NCBI GenBank assembly: GCA_003971905.1
Contig: RSEE01000063.1
Location: forward strand, 1-64,000
Direction of reading: 5' to 3'
From: Moniliella sp. 'wahieum'
Taxonomy: Eukaryota
Length of the DNA: 64,000 nt
Under the pieces are notes generated by a model. The model ran no database searches and had not been told where the DNA came from. It was given only the letters and a program-made list of their open reading frames with translations. Of this stretch, positions 38,507 to 49,772 are shown piece after piece; position 1 is the stretch's first letter; the number at the start of each line of letters is the position of its first letter. A program made the translations under genes and the position numbers.

Positions 38507-39406
38507 ATGCCGCCGTTGACGCGCCGGATGGCGCGTGCCGCCGAGCAGTCTGCCGAACCCGAACCCGAACCCCAATCCCAACCCGAACCTGCGCTGCCTC
38601 GCTCTCGCCCCCGCCTGCGTCCCCGCCGCCCTGCCTCCCGCCCGCCGCACCAGCTCTCCCCCCCCGCCCAGCCCGGCCCTCCGCGCCTCCTCGCCCCCCT
38701 CCGCGCTTCTGGTACGTGCCTGCCTTCGCTCAGCACCTTCCTCGTCTGCGCTGCTGGGCTTTCCGTGGCTACGCAGATCAGCTACCCTCGCCCCCCCCTC
38801 GCCCCCCACCCTCAGGTACTTCTTTTTCGGCGGGTGGAGCCGATCAGCACCTGTCTGGTGCCGGGCTAGCCTTGTTCCAGCCGCGGCAGTTCTACCAGGA
38901 CCAAGTGCCAGCTCAGCCTTCCTCTCTACTTCGGAGCAACTCTCGCATGCGCTTCCTCTGCCTTCGCCTCCGCTGCGGCCGGTATGGCGATTGCCCAGCT
39001 GGAAGTGTTGTTACCTGCTGCTATCGCTCAACGGTGCCCGTTTTTTCCATGTGGTTCGTACGCAGGTTAGGACCGCGTGTGCAGCAGACGCTTGTCCAGG
39101 CCTGCTCTTGGTGTGGGATTTGCCGACTTGGTCCACATTGGGGTCACGTTGTACATGCTTCCTTCGCCGGTGGAAGGCAAGGGGGTGTGGGCGACGCTTA
39201 CCCGGCTGGGTCACTCGACGCTTGGAACGCTCTCTTGTTTGGTAATGTGGTCACATTTCCTCTTGTTTTGTTCCGTCTGGCCTGGCTCGGCGGCGTAGGT
39301 CGCGCCGCTCTTGGGTGCTCGGTAACGCCGTACCGGCCCAAGCACGCCCGTCAAGAAACGTCGTGGTCGCCCGCCCAAGACACCCAAGACGCCCAAGACC
39401 GAGTAA
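38507..39406 (+). CDS. Hypothetical multi-pass membrane protein with C-terminal AT-hook-like tail; intron 38712-38815
   Basis: GCCGCCATG start; GTACGT...CTCAG intron; reconstructed RFWYFFF..VEPIST, MAIAQL..CYLLLSLNG, GFADLVHIGVTLY, WNALLFGNV, LFRLAWLGGVG; ends STPVKKRRGRPPKTPKTPKTE-TAA. Confidence 0.6.
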
Positions 39407-39730
39407 ATATGCTTATCCGACGCACGCGTCTCCCTGCCGCTTCTACTGAATGTTGCAGCGTCCATGCGCTGATGCTGGATCTCGAATCGAAATGTTGTGT
39501 TGTATCGTGTTGTTGTGTCGTGCTGTGTTGTATCGTGTTGTGTGGAATTGGCTCTAAAATGATCTATTCCGACTCGGGTCTACAGCCGCCGGGCCCACAC
39601 GAGGTACGCATGAAGGATTGCTTAGAACAGAATGCACAAAAAGGGACTTGACAATGGGACAGGAGAGAGTGGGGGAATGGAAGAGCTGAAGGTTGGGGGG
39701 TTTTAGGCCCAGGCCCGGCGCAGTACAGAC

Positions 39731-40680
39731 TTAGTGCCACTTGTCCGGCACATGTCCAGCCAAGTCGACGGCGGTCGCAATGTCCTTAGCAACATAGGTG
39801 GAGTGATGGGGCGGTCTGGCCGGTCGAGCACGGCCTTGGAAGTGATACCACTGAGGACGAGGCATGGGCAAACCCAGCGCGTTGACCAAAGGGGATATCG
39901 GTATCGAGTCGGTCGCCAAAAAGATGGCGCGGGTAGGATCGACATTATGAGCGCGCACGACACAGTCCAGAATCGGCTGGTGCGGTTTACGATCACGATT
40001 GGATGGCGTCCAGTTGAGTTGATGATGGGCGCGACGGTTGCGCCGGCTTCGGGCCAAGGACCGCCAATGGCCGGTGTGGTGGTGTCCTCGTTGGTGAGGA
40101 TAAAGTGTACCTCGGGGTCCATCACGTACTTGGCCGCCTTGGCTGTCTTGGCATAGTTCTGATCAATGTCAAAGCCCACAATGACTGCTCCTACCTTTGG
40201 ATCGATGGTGCCTGGGGCCGCGAGGGCTTCGAAAGGATGGTCCGACGGCAGACCAGAAGAACGGTGGTACGTATCTTGTGTACCGCCAATATGCTCGATG
40301 CCTTCGAGGTCGAGCTCATGCTCAATGCCCTCCATGCCCAGCACATAGACCTTGTTACGCTCTTGCTGCTTGATCTTGAGTACTTGGGAAACGTACACGG
40401 CCGCCGCGTACGCCGAAGAAATCATCTCGTCCTCGTGCACCTCAATACCGAGCTTGGCAAACTTTTTGAGATAGGTCGCGCGCGAGACGGACGCATTGTT
40501 CGTGACAAACAGTACCTTCTTGCCCTGCGAGCGGAGGTAGGCCAGCCATCGGCACTGCCCGTAATGGGCGTGTCGATGCGGTAGAGAACACCGTCACAGT
40601 CAAACGAACGTGTCGTACTTGGCCAGCAGCTCGGAGGAGAAGCCTTCCTTGGAGAGATGGAGGGTGTGGTAGGCGTCCAT
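39731..40680 (-). CDS. PHO13: HAD-IIA phosphatase (4-nitrophenylphosphatase / phosphoglycolate phosphatase)
   Basis: FDCDGVL, LFVTNN, MISSAYAAAVY, VYVLGMEGIEHEL, VGAVIVGFD, FILTNED, LVLSGIT. Confidence 0.9.
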
Positions 40681-42644
40681 GGTGCGCAGGCGGGGGGGGG
40701 GGAATGGGGGAGATCCCGATGGAGGTGGGCGGGGCTTTTTAAAGACTTGGAACCGGTCGGAGGGGGAGGCAGGTACCAGAGGATGGCCAGCAGTACGCGA
40801 CGGCCCATACTTGGCAGAGGAAAGGTGCTGTTGTTACATGTTATAGCACAGCACAAGTTCCAGACGGTCAGCGAGCGCACCAGGGCAGTGGCTGGGGGAC
40901 AAGTGCCAACCCTAGCCCACCGATCATCCTTCCGCATTTGCTAGTCTACTCTCGGTTGCCGCTATTCACGTGCGCCTGGAAAGGCATAGCCTCCGTGCGC
41001 AGGCGTTAGCATTTAGCATTTAGCCACTCGAAGATTGAAGCCCCGCCGGCGCCAGCGCGAAGCACCCGCTGGCACGGCCAACACCGCGACAGGCACGGGG
41101 ACAGTGGCATGCGCCGCGCCCTCGGCCTGGCCTGCCCCACACCGCCCGCCTGCCCGTCGTCCTGCATCCTGGCCCACCCAGCCCGTCGCTGCTGTCGCCG
41201 TAGGTTTAGGTTGGTCCGGGGGGATGCGCAGACCAAAGCTTGAGCTTGTCGGAGCGTCAGGAGGCCAGAATCGATAATCGACATTGATAATCCTAATCTC
41301 TGAGATGTACAATCTGGGATGCCCAGATCGGAGAGCGACCACGCCTGTAGCCCGCCCAGCCATTCCAATCCATCTTCTGCCACCCTCCCACCTACCCCCA
41401 CCAGCGCGAGCAAGCCCCGACGGCAGCCTCCTGTATCCGGCATGTACCATCGCGTCCCAACGAGGCCAATTCGCTCTCGAGCAGCGCTGCTTCTTCGGCT
41501 GCTCCAGAGGAGGCTGAAAGTATATCGATTTGCATCTGGCGACAGGGGAAACCATAGGACAGGAGACCCCCTGCGTGCTCAAGTGGTGATGCATGGTTGT
41601 TGCTGAATGGACATGTCAACATGTCACCGGCACAGGCGGGGACGTACTCGAACTAACTTTCTTCCTTGTAACCGTGTAACAGTGACCACTTTTCTCCCTA
41701 TTAATACTTCTCTTATAACCCAAGTATCTTCTGTCCTCTCTTTGCGTCGTCGTTTGCTGCTAACGCCGTGTGTTGTCGGGTCAAAGCTTTGCAACAGAAG
41801 CCTAATGCCATTGCGGCTCCAAGGCTGAGACTGGTGTGGGTGGAATGTTTGCGGCTGGGAAGAGAGTGGGAACGTCCTCTTCCCTCTCACCTTTTGTAGG
41901 ATGGGAAGGATGGGGAGAGAGTGAGGACACGAGCGACAAAGTAATGGTTGAAGCAGGTCAACGTTCAACCTTCAATCAGTTAATGGAAAAGCACAGTAGC
42001 CAGCAGGATACTGGGCCAAGGGAAGGTCACCTGAAGGTGCAGGACGATCGACGGACGGGATCAAGAAGTCGATCAATTGTGTGCCTCCACCGCGAGGGAA
42101 GTGATCGACAAGTGCACTGCGGAGGACCGGAACTGTCCCAGATGACATCTTTGGAGATCGTGACATTAGGAAAACAACCTGGAGGGCAGCAGGGTTGACT
42201 GCTCAAATATATCAGTGGACGACTATGAACGTATGAACTGGCATGTACGGTGCTCCGAGAGCAACGAACCCCTGACGCGTTTCGAAATAGTTGTTGTAAC
42301 TGGCCATGACATCCACTGCCGGCTGGGCCAGTCGCCTCGATGCCCAGACAATGTTCACAAAGCATGAGTCTACACCTGGAGCGCCGCAGGGGCAAGAAGA
42401 TGGGACACCGTGGGCACTGCGTTTCTGTAGCCAAATTGTGCTCCCAAAGCGCTCATCGCGCCCGCACCAGCGTGGCTCTCCTATTTGTTTGTCCGATACG
42501 CAAGCCAAAGGGGGTCCTAGTTGCACTGCGCGTCCTGGCTTACACGCCGGATCAATATCGCCACTTTAACGTGTCGCCTCTGTACAGAGAGATTCCAACT
42601 ACCCTCAGTTGTCCCCCGCGCCATACAGAATAGGATCATGGCGA

Positions 42645-43420
42645 TCATGGCGAGGGAAGCTTGACTGGCTGAGTGTCATGTGCTGCCGAGGGCGCCTCTG
42701 AATCAAACACCGTAGTCACAGGGGCCGCACTATCCAGTGCCTCGGCGTCGTACTCGTACGTATGGCCTCCATCACGGTACCCAGGACCGTCTTGGGGAGG
42801 TAAGAATGCCTCGTAGCCAGTCGACGTACGTGTCTGTCTTGCAGGAAAGGCGGATGGGAGAGAAGTGGAGCCAATGGGGCCAGGTAAGCCACCGCCTGGT
42901 GGGACTCCCAGCACGTTGGCATCCTGTAGTTGTTCCGCCACTTTGACGAGCACGAGGAGCTTGAGGCACATGGTCAGGCCGACGGCAAACGAAGCGTACC
43001 GAGAGGTGGATGCGTCCTTTTCCTTGTCTGTGTGTGACAGGAGCCAAAGGACGTCCAGCACAAGCGAGGCCATCTCCAAGTACCCAAAATGTACCAGCAG
43101 CCGCACCACCGCACCGCGCGGAGCGTCAGCAGCAAGCGCCGCGACCACCAAGCCAAACAGGGCAAGGGGGAACGCGTACGCAGGCCAGTAATTTACCCCC
43201 GTCAGAAGCGCCGCACCCTGGTTCACACAGAGCGAAAGTCAGGTGGCCCGCTGCTGGCCCTTGGGCTCCACGGGGCCGCGAGGGGGGAGGGGGCGTACCG
43301 CAGTGAAGGCCAGCACGCTCTGCAGCTCCAGCGCCAGGAGGGGCGGGGCAGACGCTGGGCCAGGCCGAGGCGTAGGGGCAGACCAAGCACACGGTCGTCA
43401 AACGCACTCAGCTCGGCCAT
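42645..43420 (-). CDS. Small membrane protein, AGTRAP-like (1 intron about 43219-43298)
   Basis: Hydrophobic helices (WPAYAFPLALFGLVV; MASLVLDVLWLL; FAVGLTMCLKLLVL) and a Gly/Pro/Tyr-rich cytosolic tail; resemblance judged by eye. Confidence 0.55.
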
Positions 43421-43614
43421 GATGGAGGGGGGGAAGAGAAGTAGAGTCCCGGCCGCGCTTCGCAGCCTTCGCCCTGTCGCACTAGCTGAGTTCAGCCCGA
43501 ACAGCCTTGAACGATCCTTGATCGATGATCGATGATCTATCTCCACCGCATGGTGCACGCACGTGGCGCTCTTACGTAACACATGTCCACTCCAAAAAGC
43601 TACGGGCCAAAAAG

Positions 43615-43709
43615 TGACTGCGCCCAGAATCGAACTGAGAATAACAGAGCTCGTGGAGCTGTACGATCGTGAGACCACAATCTGTCGTGATACCTTTCAC
43701 CACGCAATC
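43615..43709 (-). tRNA. tRNA-His (GTG) with a 25-nt intron (43650-43674)
   Basis: Acceptor GATTGCG/CGCAGTC + A73; D stem GTGA/TCAC; anticodon stem ACAGA/TCTGT with loop TT-GTG-G^C; T arm CTCAG-TTCGATT-CTGGG; TTTTT Pol III terminator directly downstream. Confidence 0.92.
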
Positions 43710-44695
43710 CTTATCAACATTATGATCCAATATGCAGACATACCAATCGCTAAAGGCTTATTTTTGTACGCAGTCTCTATCATTCTCCCCTATCTCATCG
43801 CACCTCTCGCCATTCTTCATCAGTCATTAGGTCACTGCTGGTGGTGGTGCTCAATCAAGAGGGTAGTCGGCGTAATACCCAACCCTCAAATGGCGTGCAT
43901 GTGGGTGTGAACGATTGGGGGTGGACAAGCGAAGGACAAGCGCGGAGGGTGTGATGTGGCGTGTATTGCATGAGGAAAAGCTTCGTCTTGTTAGCGGTTA
44001 ACATTATCGTTTTCGCTGTGGCCGGATGTGAGCGGCACATAAGTCAGTGTCTCGGGTCGCTAAGAGAGCACCACCACAATCCCCCCGTTTGTCTGCCGCT
44101 GAGGCAAGGGGGTGGGGCGCAGCCGCCTTACTATATGGCGCGACAGGCTGGTGGAGAGCACAATCGGCTAGCTCAGCTCGAGAAAATCGATGCTACAGCC
44201 ACCCTCCCCCCTCTGTTCTGGGAGCGCAGCAGAGATAGAGCACAGTATGATGCACACTGGCACAGTTGATAGCGAACCGTGCATACCAATCTGCGCTGTA
44301 GCCGGCACACTCACACCGTGCGACGATGGTATCCTCTCTCCCTCGTCTCATAACACGCTCGTGTCGCGGCTGCCCTCGAGTGGCTGCCACACACCGCCCA
44401 TTCCATTAGCACCGGCTGGGCTGTGTCTTCCTGCCCAACCCATAGCTCAAAGTCTGACTGTTACCCACAGAGCAAAGACATTGGTTGATACATACCGTTT
44501 GTATGATCGGCGAGGTCATGTATATATATCTCTTCCATCCTTCTCTTCGCATCAACTACCCCTTTTCTCCCTACCACTCTCCAACATACCTTTTCGTGTT
44601 CTCAGCCGCCCCTGCCTTGCTCGCAACCTCTTCTCCACATTTCCCCGACCCAGTACACCATTGTTCTCCTTTCCGTCCCTCGTGTGTCTTCCATC

Positions 44696-45676
44696 ATGAC
44701 TCTCCCGCACTTGCAAGTCCTTGCCTCTGCCTCGGGATTGACCCCGGAAACCCAGTCCAAGGCTCTCCTCGTTCTCTTCAACGCCTTGACCCATCCACAT
44801 CCTACCCTGGCTCCCACCGCCCGCATTGCCCATGATCTTGATGTCGCTCTCTCGCCGCACTGGTCCTGCATCTCTGGTACCTCATCCTTTGAATTCACTT
44901 TCGGTTCTGGTACGTTCGTCCCCCCCCCTCCCTTCCTCCAAATCTGCGACAGCATATCTATCTCTCTCCACTTTTTCTTATGTTGTCTGTTGCTGATCCA
45001 TGATGCTCGTGATTCACATCCTTCCTTTGCACCTGCAGATGTCAACATGTTTTTCAGCGTAAAGCATGGCGACACCAATTACCTCATCTGGCGCAACCAC
45101 GCCCCATACGTTCCCCCCTGTTTGGCGGAGGAGACTTATGCCAAGAAAAGCCTCGTCGGACCTAATGAAATTCCCCACATTGATGCCGTTGTGCCGAAGG
45201 AAAATGGGAATGGGAATGGGGATGAGGATGGGGATGTTCAACACACGATCTCTGCTCCATCCATCCCCAAGTCCGTCGTCGCTTCAACTACTATGCCCAA
45301 CGAGATGGCAGAAAAGGTGCGCACTCATGTGGATGCGATCTTGTCCACCGCCCCGGCTTCCTTGTTGGATGCCTCGGAAGCCATTTCCTTCCGTCTGGAA
45401 AACCTTCTTGACTGCGAGGCAGGAGGTGAATGGGAGGTTCTGATTGGTCTGTCAGCTACGGCCAATCCTCCTCCAACCACCACCCCGCACATGTTCATCC
45501 TCCTCGTCTCGGGGCTTCTTACTGTTTCCATCCATCACCACCCTGCCCCGTTCCCACCTCAAGCCTCAGCTGGCCCTACCAAAAATCTACTCTCCAACGT
45601 ACCTGGATCCAGGATCCCTACCACGCTCGAGTCGGTTCACGAAGAGGAAGAAGAAGGTGACGAGGTACCTTGGTAG
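44696..45676 (+). CDS. Protein with two tandem divergent dynein light chain type 1 (LC8)-like domains; intron 44910-45038
   Basis: Domain 1 NAL-x13-AHDLDVALSPHWSCISG is colinear with LC8 QAL-x13-KKEFDKKYNPTWHCIVG; domain 2 TTMPNEMAEKV...LDCEAGGEWEVLIG...HMFILLVSG; TATATATA at about 44521; GTACGT...CTGCAG intron. Confidence 0.65.
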   Translation: MTLPHLQVLASASGLTPETQSKALLVLFNALTHPHPTLAPTARIAHDLDVALSPHWSCISGTSSFEFTFGSGTFVPPPPFLQICDSISISLHFFLCCLLLIHDARDSHPSFAPADVNMFFSVKHGDTNYLIWRNHAPYVPPCLAEETYAKKSLVGPNEIPHIDAVVPKENGNGNGDEDGDVQHTISAPSIPKSVVASTTMPNEMAEKVRTHVDAILSTAPASLLDASEAISFRLENLLDCEAGGEWEVLIGLSATANPPPTTTPHMFILLVSGLLTVSIHHHPAPFPPQASAGPTKNLLSNVPGSRIPTTLESVHEEEEEGDEVPW

Positions 45677-47127
45677 GGCTGCCAGGCCAATTTAAACCTG
45701 TTCACTCATCTCCATGCCAGATCCATCTCCGTATTCATCTCCATCCTTCTCTTGGTTAGCGTCTTCCACCCCTTCTCTTCCCAGTATGCCTACCAATCCA
45801 CGGGGGATTGTTACTGTGGTCACTTCAACTCTCTCTGCCATGGATCCGCGTGGCCCTGCCCGCTCCGTCTTGCGCAACGTTGCCTCGGTCGCGGTGGCCC
45901 TCTTGATGCTCCCCGCCATGGTGCCGATCTAAGCACACCCTCTCTGTGGTTTCTCACTTTGCCCCCACTGCCAGGTCTGCGTGGCTACCCCATTCGTCTG
46001 GGGTTTCATACCAAGTATGATTAACACGGTTCTTTTTCGCCTGTGAAACACATTATTCCCCCCTCCTCAGGCCTCATATGTGTCGCTCCCACATGCGATC
46101 GAGGAATGTGCATGTCATTTTTTCCCTGCCTTTCATCCAACAATCCCACCACCTCCGCTTCTACCTTTTAGCCTGTGCGCTGTTCTGAACCCTGTATCAC
46201 ACCTGTTCTCCAATTCTCTCTCCTTTTGAGTGTGAACGCACGCTTCTCTTCTCCGAAGTAAGAGTCCTATAGACATGTAGACTGAAGCGACAGAACAGTT
46301 GGTACACGACATGGAAACCCGAATAACTGGCTGAAGATCCATGCGATTTGGGCCAGGGATGTTGGTGGAGGGTAGTGTGCGTTGGGACGAGGAAAAAACA
46401 ATGCGAGACTGGCATAACGTTTGCGGTCATTGTGGCGGCGGCTACTATATGCCAGATAGCGGTGCGGCTCGTCGGCTACAGAATGTGACCAACTAGGCAT
46501 GCACACAAGGATCCAATGCTCGTTCTGAGGGAGGCACCAGGCCTCAGTCCGGCGCTCGGTTCCGGTCTGACTGACTACTAGGCGGGAACTACTGTCCACT
46601 CTTTGCTTTGGACAAGGCAACTAACTTTCGGTTTGCGGCCTCGTGTAGGCTGACATCATGGGCACGTATGCTCATTGCAAATGGTTTCGAACTAATACGG
46701 CTCGTCCGAACGCTTCAACGACGTTTGCTTGGAAGGCACGTGTTTGCACCCGCGCAGACTTTGAACCCTCAGGCCTCAACCCTCAACGCTCAACAAACGC
46801 CGAGCTCAGCGCAATCGCGACTCTGTGCGCTTCAAATCGTTGCAGCCTACTCCCTCTCCTGCTTGACCATGTCGCCGTACGTATCCAATCGAGCCTAGGT
46901 CGAGCAACCGGTGAACGCACGTCTATGAAATGGACGGGGTTGCTGGTCGGGACGGATCCATACCAAACAGAGACAACGTGTAGCACAGGCAAACAGGGAG
47001 GGAAGGGAAGGGAGTGATACGCGAAGAGATGGGGAGCCAGACCCGAGGCCCAAAATGAGTACGAGAAAGTAAAAAAAAACAAAAACGATATCAAGTACAG
47101 TCTCAGAAAGGCGAGACGGAGAGCGGA

Positions 47128-47183
47128 GAGCCAAGAGCCAAGAGCCAAGAGCCAAGAGCCAAGAGCCAAGAGCCAAGAGCCAA
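47128..47183. repeat. (GAGCCAA)8 perfect heptamer repeat, followed by (GAGGCGA)3
   Basis: Directly visible; lies just 3' of the Zn2Cys6 TF gene. Confidence 0.95.
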
Positions 47184-47226
47184 GAACCGAGAGGCGAGAG
47201 GCGAGAGGCGAGCGGAGGAGGTGGGG

Positions 47227-49612
47227 TTAGCAGGGTACTTGCGCTAGGCCGTCCAGGCCCAGTGCGACGGCAAGAATGACGTTGGTGAATTCGTCTGCAT
47301 GGGCAAACACGTCCATTAAAGGAGCGCCCTTTGTCGTGTACGCGCGTGCGCGTAGTAGGTCGCGCAGGGTGGGCAAACGATCTGCCGTTTGCACTGGTTC
47401 GCCCAGTACGACGAGCGCTTGAGACGTGCGTGTCCGTGCTGCGAGAGAGGCCCGCATCCACTCAGCTTCAGTGGTCGCGTTGAATGTCAAATCGTCCGCT
47501 GGCAGAGCCACGTCCATCACCAGTTCTGATCCTGCCAGTGTCCCCTGCAGCTCTTCGACGCCTTCGCGCAAGCGTTGCAGCACGAGCAGAGAGTAGGATG
47601 CAAATAGTACCCGACGCATCGATTCGACCAACCCCCAGCGATCAAAACTCATTGGTGCTTGGGCCGTGCCTAGACCGGTTCCACGCGCGCCGTGGTTGGC
47701 CTGATGGTCCATGTCCTTCACCCGCACCGAGAGGGAAGAAGCGAGGGTGGAGAGCGCATGCAGGCCCAAGTTGACCGCCTGGTCGTTGATCGACTCGGCG
47801 GCCACAGGCTCTTCGGTCAGGAGGGCTAGCACGAGGTAGAGCCACAAGGCGGAGGTGGAAGCAAATAGGTCCAGGTCGTTCCCAGTGGCCGTTTTGGGCG
47901 CGCGAATCAATGAGACGATGCAATTCCTCAGCAATACTCGCCCATACAGTACGCAAGCTAGCGGGCAAGCGTACCAGGTAGCCAGCCAGAACGCTGCGCG
48001 CAATGGCCAGGCTGGCAGGAAGATCAACACGCACGCGCGCGAGCCAGGGACGAAAGACAAATGGCGGTACGGGCGAGGTGGGTTCGGGCAAGACCATCAG
48101 GGTGGGATAGGTGATCAGTTGGGCGGCAGCAGCTCGCGCCAAATTCTCAGGTAGCTCCCGCACATCTTGGATTCCATATTGCCAGATGTGCCGTGTGACA
48201 GCGGCCGTCTGGGATTGCGGGTCGTCCACTTCTCCCACAGGATAGGTGGCCTGGGCAGGCTCCACCGCCGGGGTGGGAGTGACGGTGGAAGTAACACCTA
48301 GGTTGGGGGCTGTCGTGTTCTCGGTCGCACGCGGGGGAGAGAGGTGGGCAGGCTCCGTAGTTTGGTCGGTGCCGGGAAGAGGGTCCAAGGTGCGTTCCAA
48401 GGCCGATGGAATGGGAAACGTGAATGCCGCACCGAGCGATTCACGAAGGGCTGAAAAGGGTCCGATGCCCTGGATGGGCGAGGGGACTACAGGTTCGGCA
48501 AGCCAGGCTTGGGTAGAATCAAACGTGTTTGCCACTTGCAGCGCCGTGCTTCGTGCAGAAAGAGGGCCCGGCGTTAAACCGGTTGGGGGCAACGCGCCCG
48601 AGCCCGTGACGATGGGGGCAAGTTTAGGGCGGGAGCCAGATCCGCTGCGGACTGGATGGGGACGTCCAGAGGAAGGAGCAGGCGCATCAAGGGGCGGGAG
48701 GGCAACCATCTGGGAAGGAGAGAGCATCTGCGAAGCCGCAATGAGTGAATCCATCCTGGGTATTTCCCCGTTGGGCCTGATATGCATGGGATGTATGGGA
48801 TGCATGGGATGTGGTCGTGTGCTGGCGATGGCCATGCGCGAGGCGGCGGGTGGGGGCTGTCTGTCATCCGGCGCGTGACGCGCCGGATGGTCCCAATGAT
48901 GGTTTGGGGGGGCGTTCCACGCATATGCGTGGGTAGGATCGATCCAGGAGTGGGGTTGGGGTTGGGGTTGGGGTTGGGGTGGAGGCTGAGGCTGAGGCTG
49001 GGAAGGGGCAGGGGGGTGTGCTGGGGGGTTGGGGGAGGAGAAGGTGTGGGAGTGGGCGTCGTCGCTATCATTGGTGCGAGCAGACGGGGGCGTGTGGGAG
49101 CGGGGGCAGGGACCGAGGCAGGCGTCATGCTGCCCCGGCTTCTACCGACCAACGCGTCGGCATGGGTGGCGCCCATGGAGTTGCGCGGGTATACCTGTGC
49201 GCAGAGGCAGACAGTCGGTCAGGGTGCTTGCAGGGGGGGAGGGAGGACGCACGCATTGCTTGTTCTTCTTGCGGCAGCGGCTGCAGGGCAAGTCGAGGTC
49301 GCAGCGTGCCTTGGAGCGCGAGCACTCGTTGCACGACTTTTGGCGAGGCAGACGGGGAGCGACCGCAGCGCGCTGCTCGCGGACGAGGGTGGCGGCGCAG
49401 CAGGTCGTCTCGCCCGAACGCCTTGCCGCAGTTGGGGCAGGCAAACCGACGAGCAGGAGGCGCGTCCGCGCTGGAGCTGTTGGCGTCGACACGTGCGGAG
49501 GGAGCGAGGTCCGTGGCGGAGCTGTCTGTGGCGCGCTCAGCCATCGCGGCCGCGACGGAGATGGTGGGGGCAGAGACGACGAGGCAGGGCAGAGCGGAGG
49601 ACCAGGCATCAT
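47227..49612 (-). CDS. Transcription factor with a C2H2-like finger and a Zn(II)2Cys6 cluster; start uncertain
   Basis: FACPNCGKAFGRDDLLRRH followed by SCNECSRSKARCDLDLPCSRCRKKNKQC; C-terminal FDRWGLVESMRRVLFA...LPADD..FNATTEAEW and DEFTNVILA. Confidence 0.85.
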
Positions 49613-49681
49613 GCATCCACTTTTGACTTATGAATATGATCGCCGCTCCCTCTTCCCTGCGTCCGGGCCCAGGCGACGCAT

Positions 49682-49772
49682 CACTGTCACCGCCACTGTC
49701 ACCGCCACTGTCACTGCCGCTGTCACTACCACCGCCACCGCCACCGCTACCGCCACCGCCACCGCCATCGCC
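49682..49772. repeat. Degenerate hexamer repeat (ACYGYC)n upstream of the Zn2Cys6 TF
   Basis: Alternating ACTGTC/ACCGCC units over about 90 bp. Confidence 0.8.

Noticed and set aside
7010..49580. Shared GGCAGAGACGAC(ACG) motif at 7010-7024, 16555-16569 and 49569-49580
   Set aside because: Matches of 12-16 nt are near chance expectation in 64 kb of GC-rich DNA, and distances to start codons are inconsistent.
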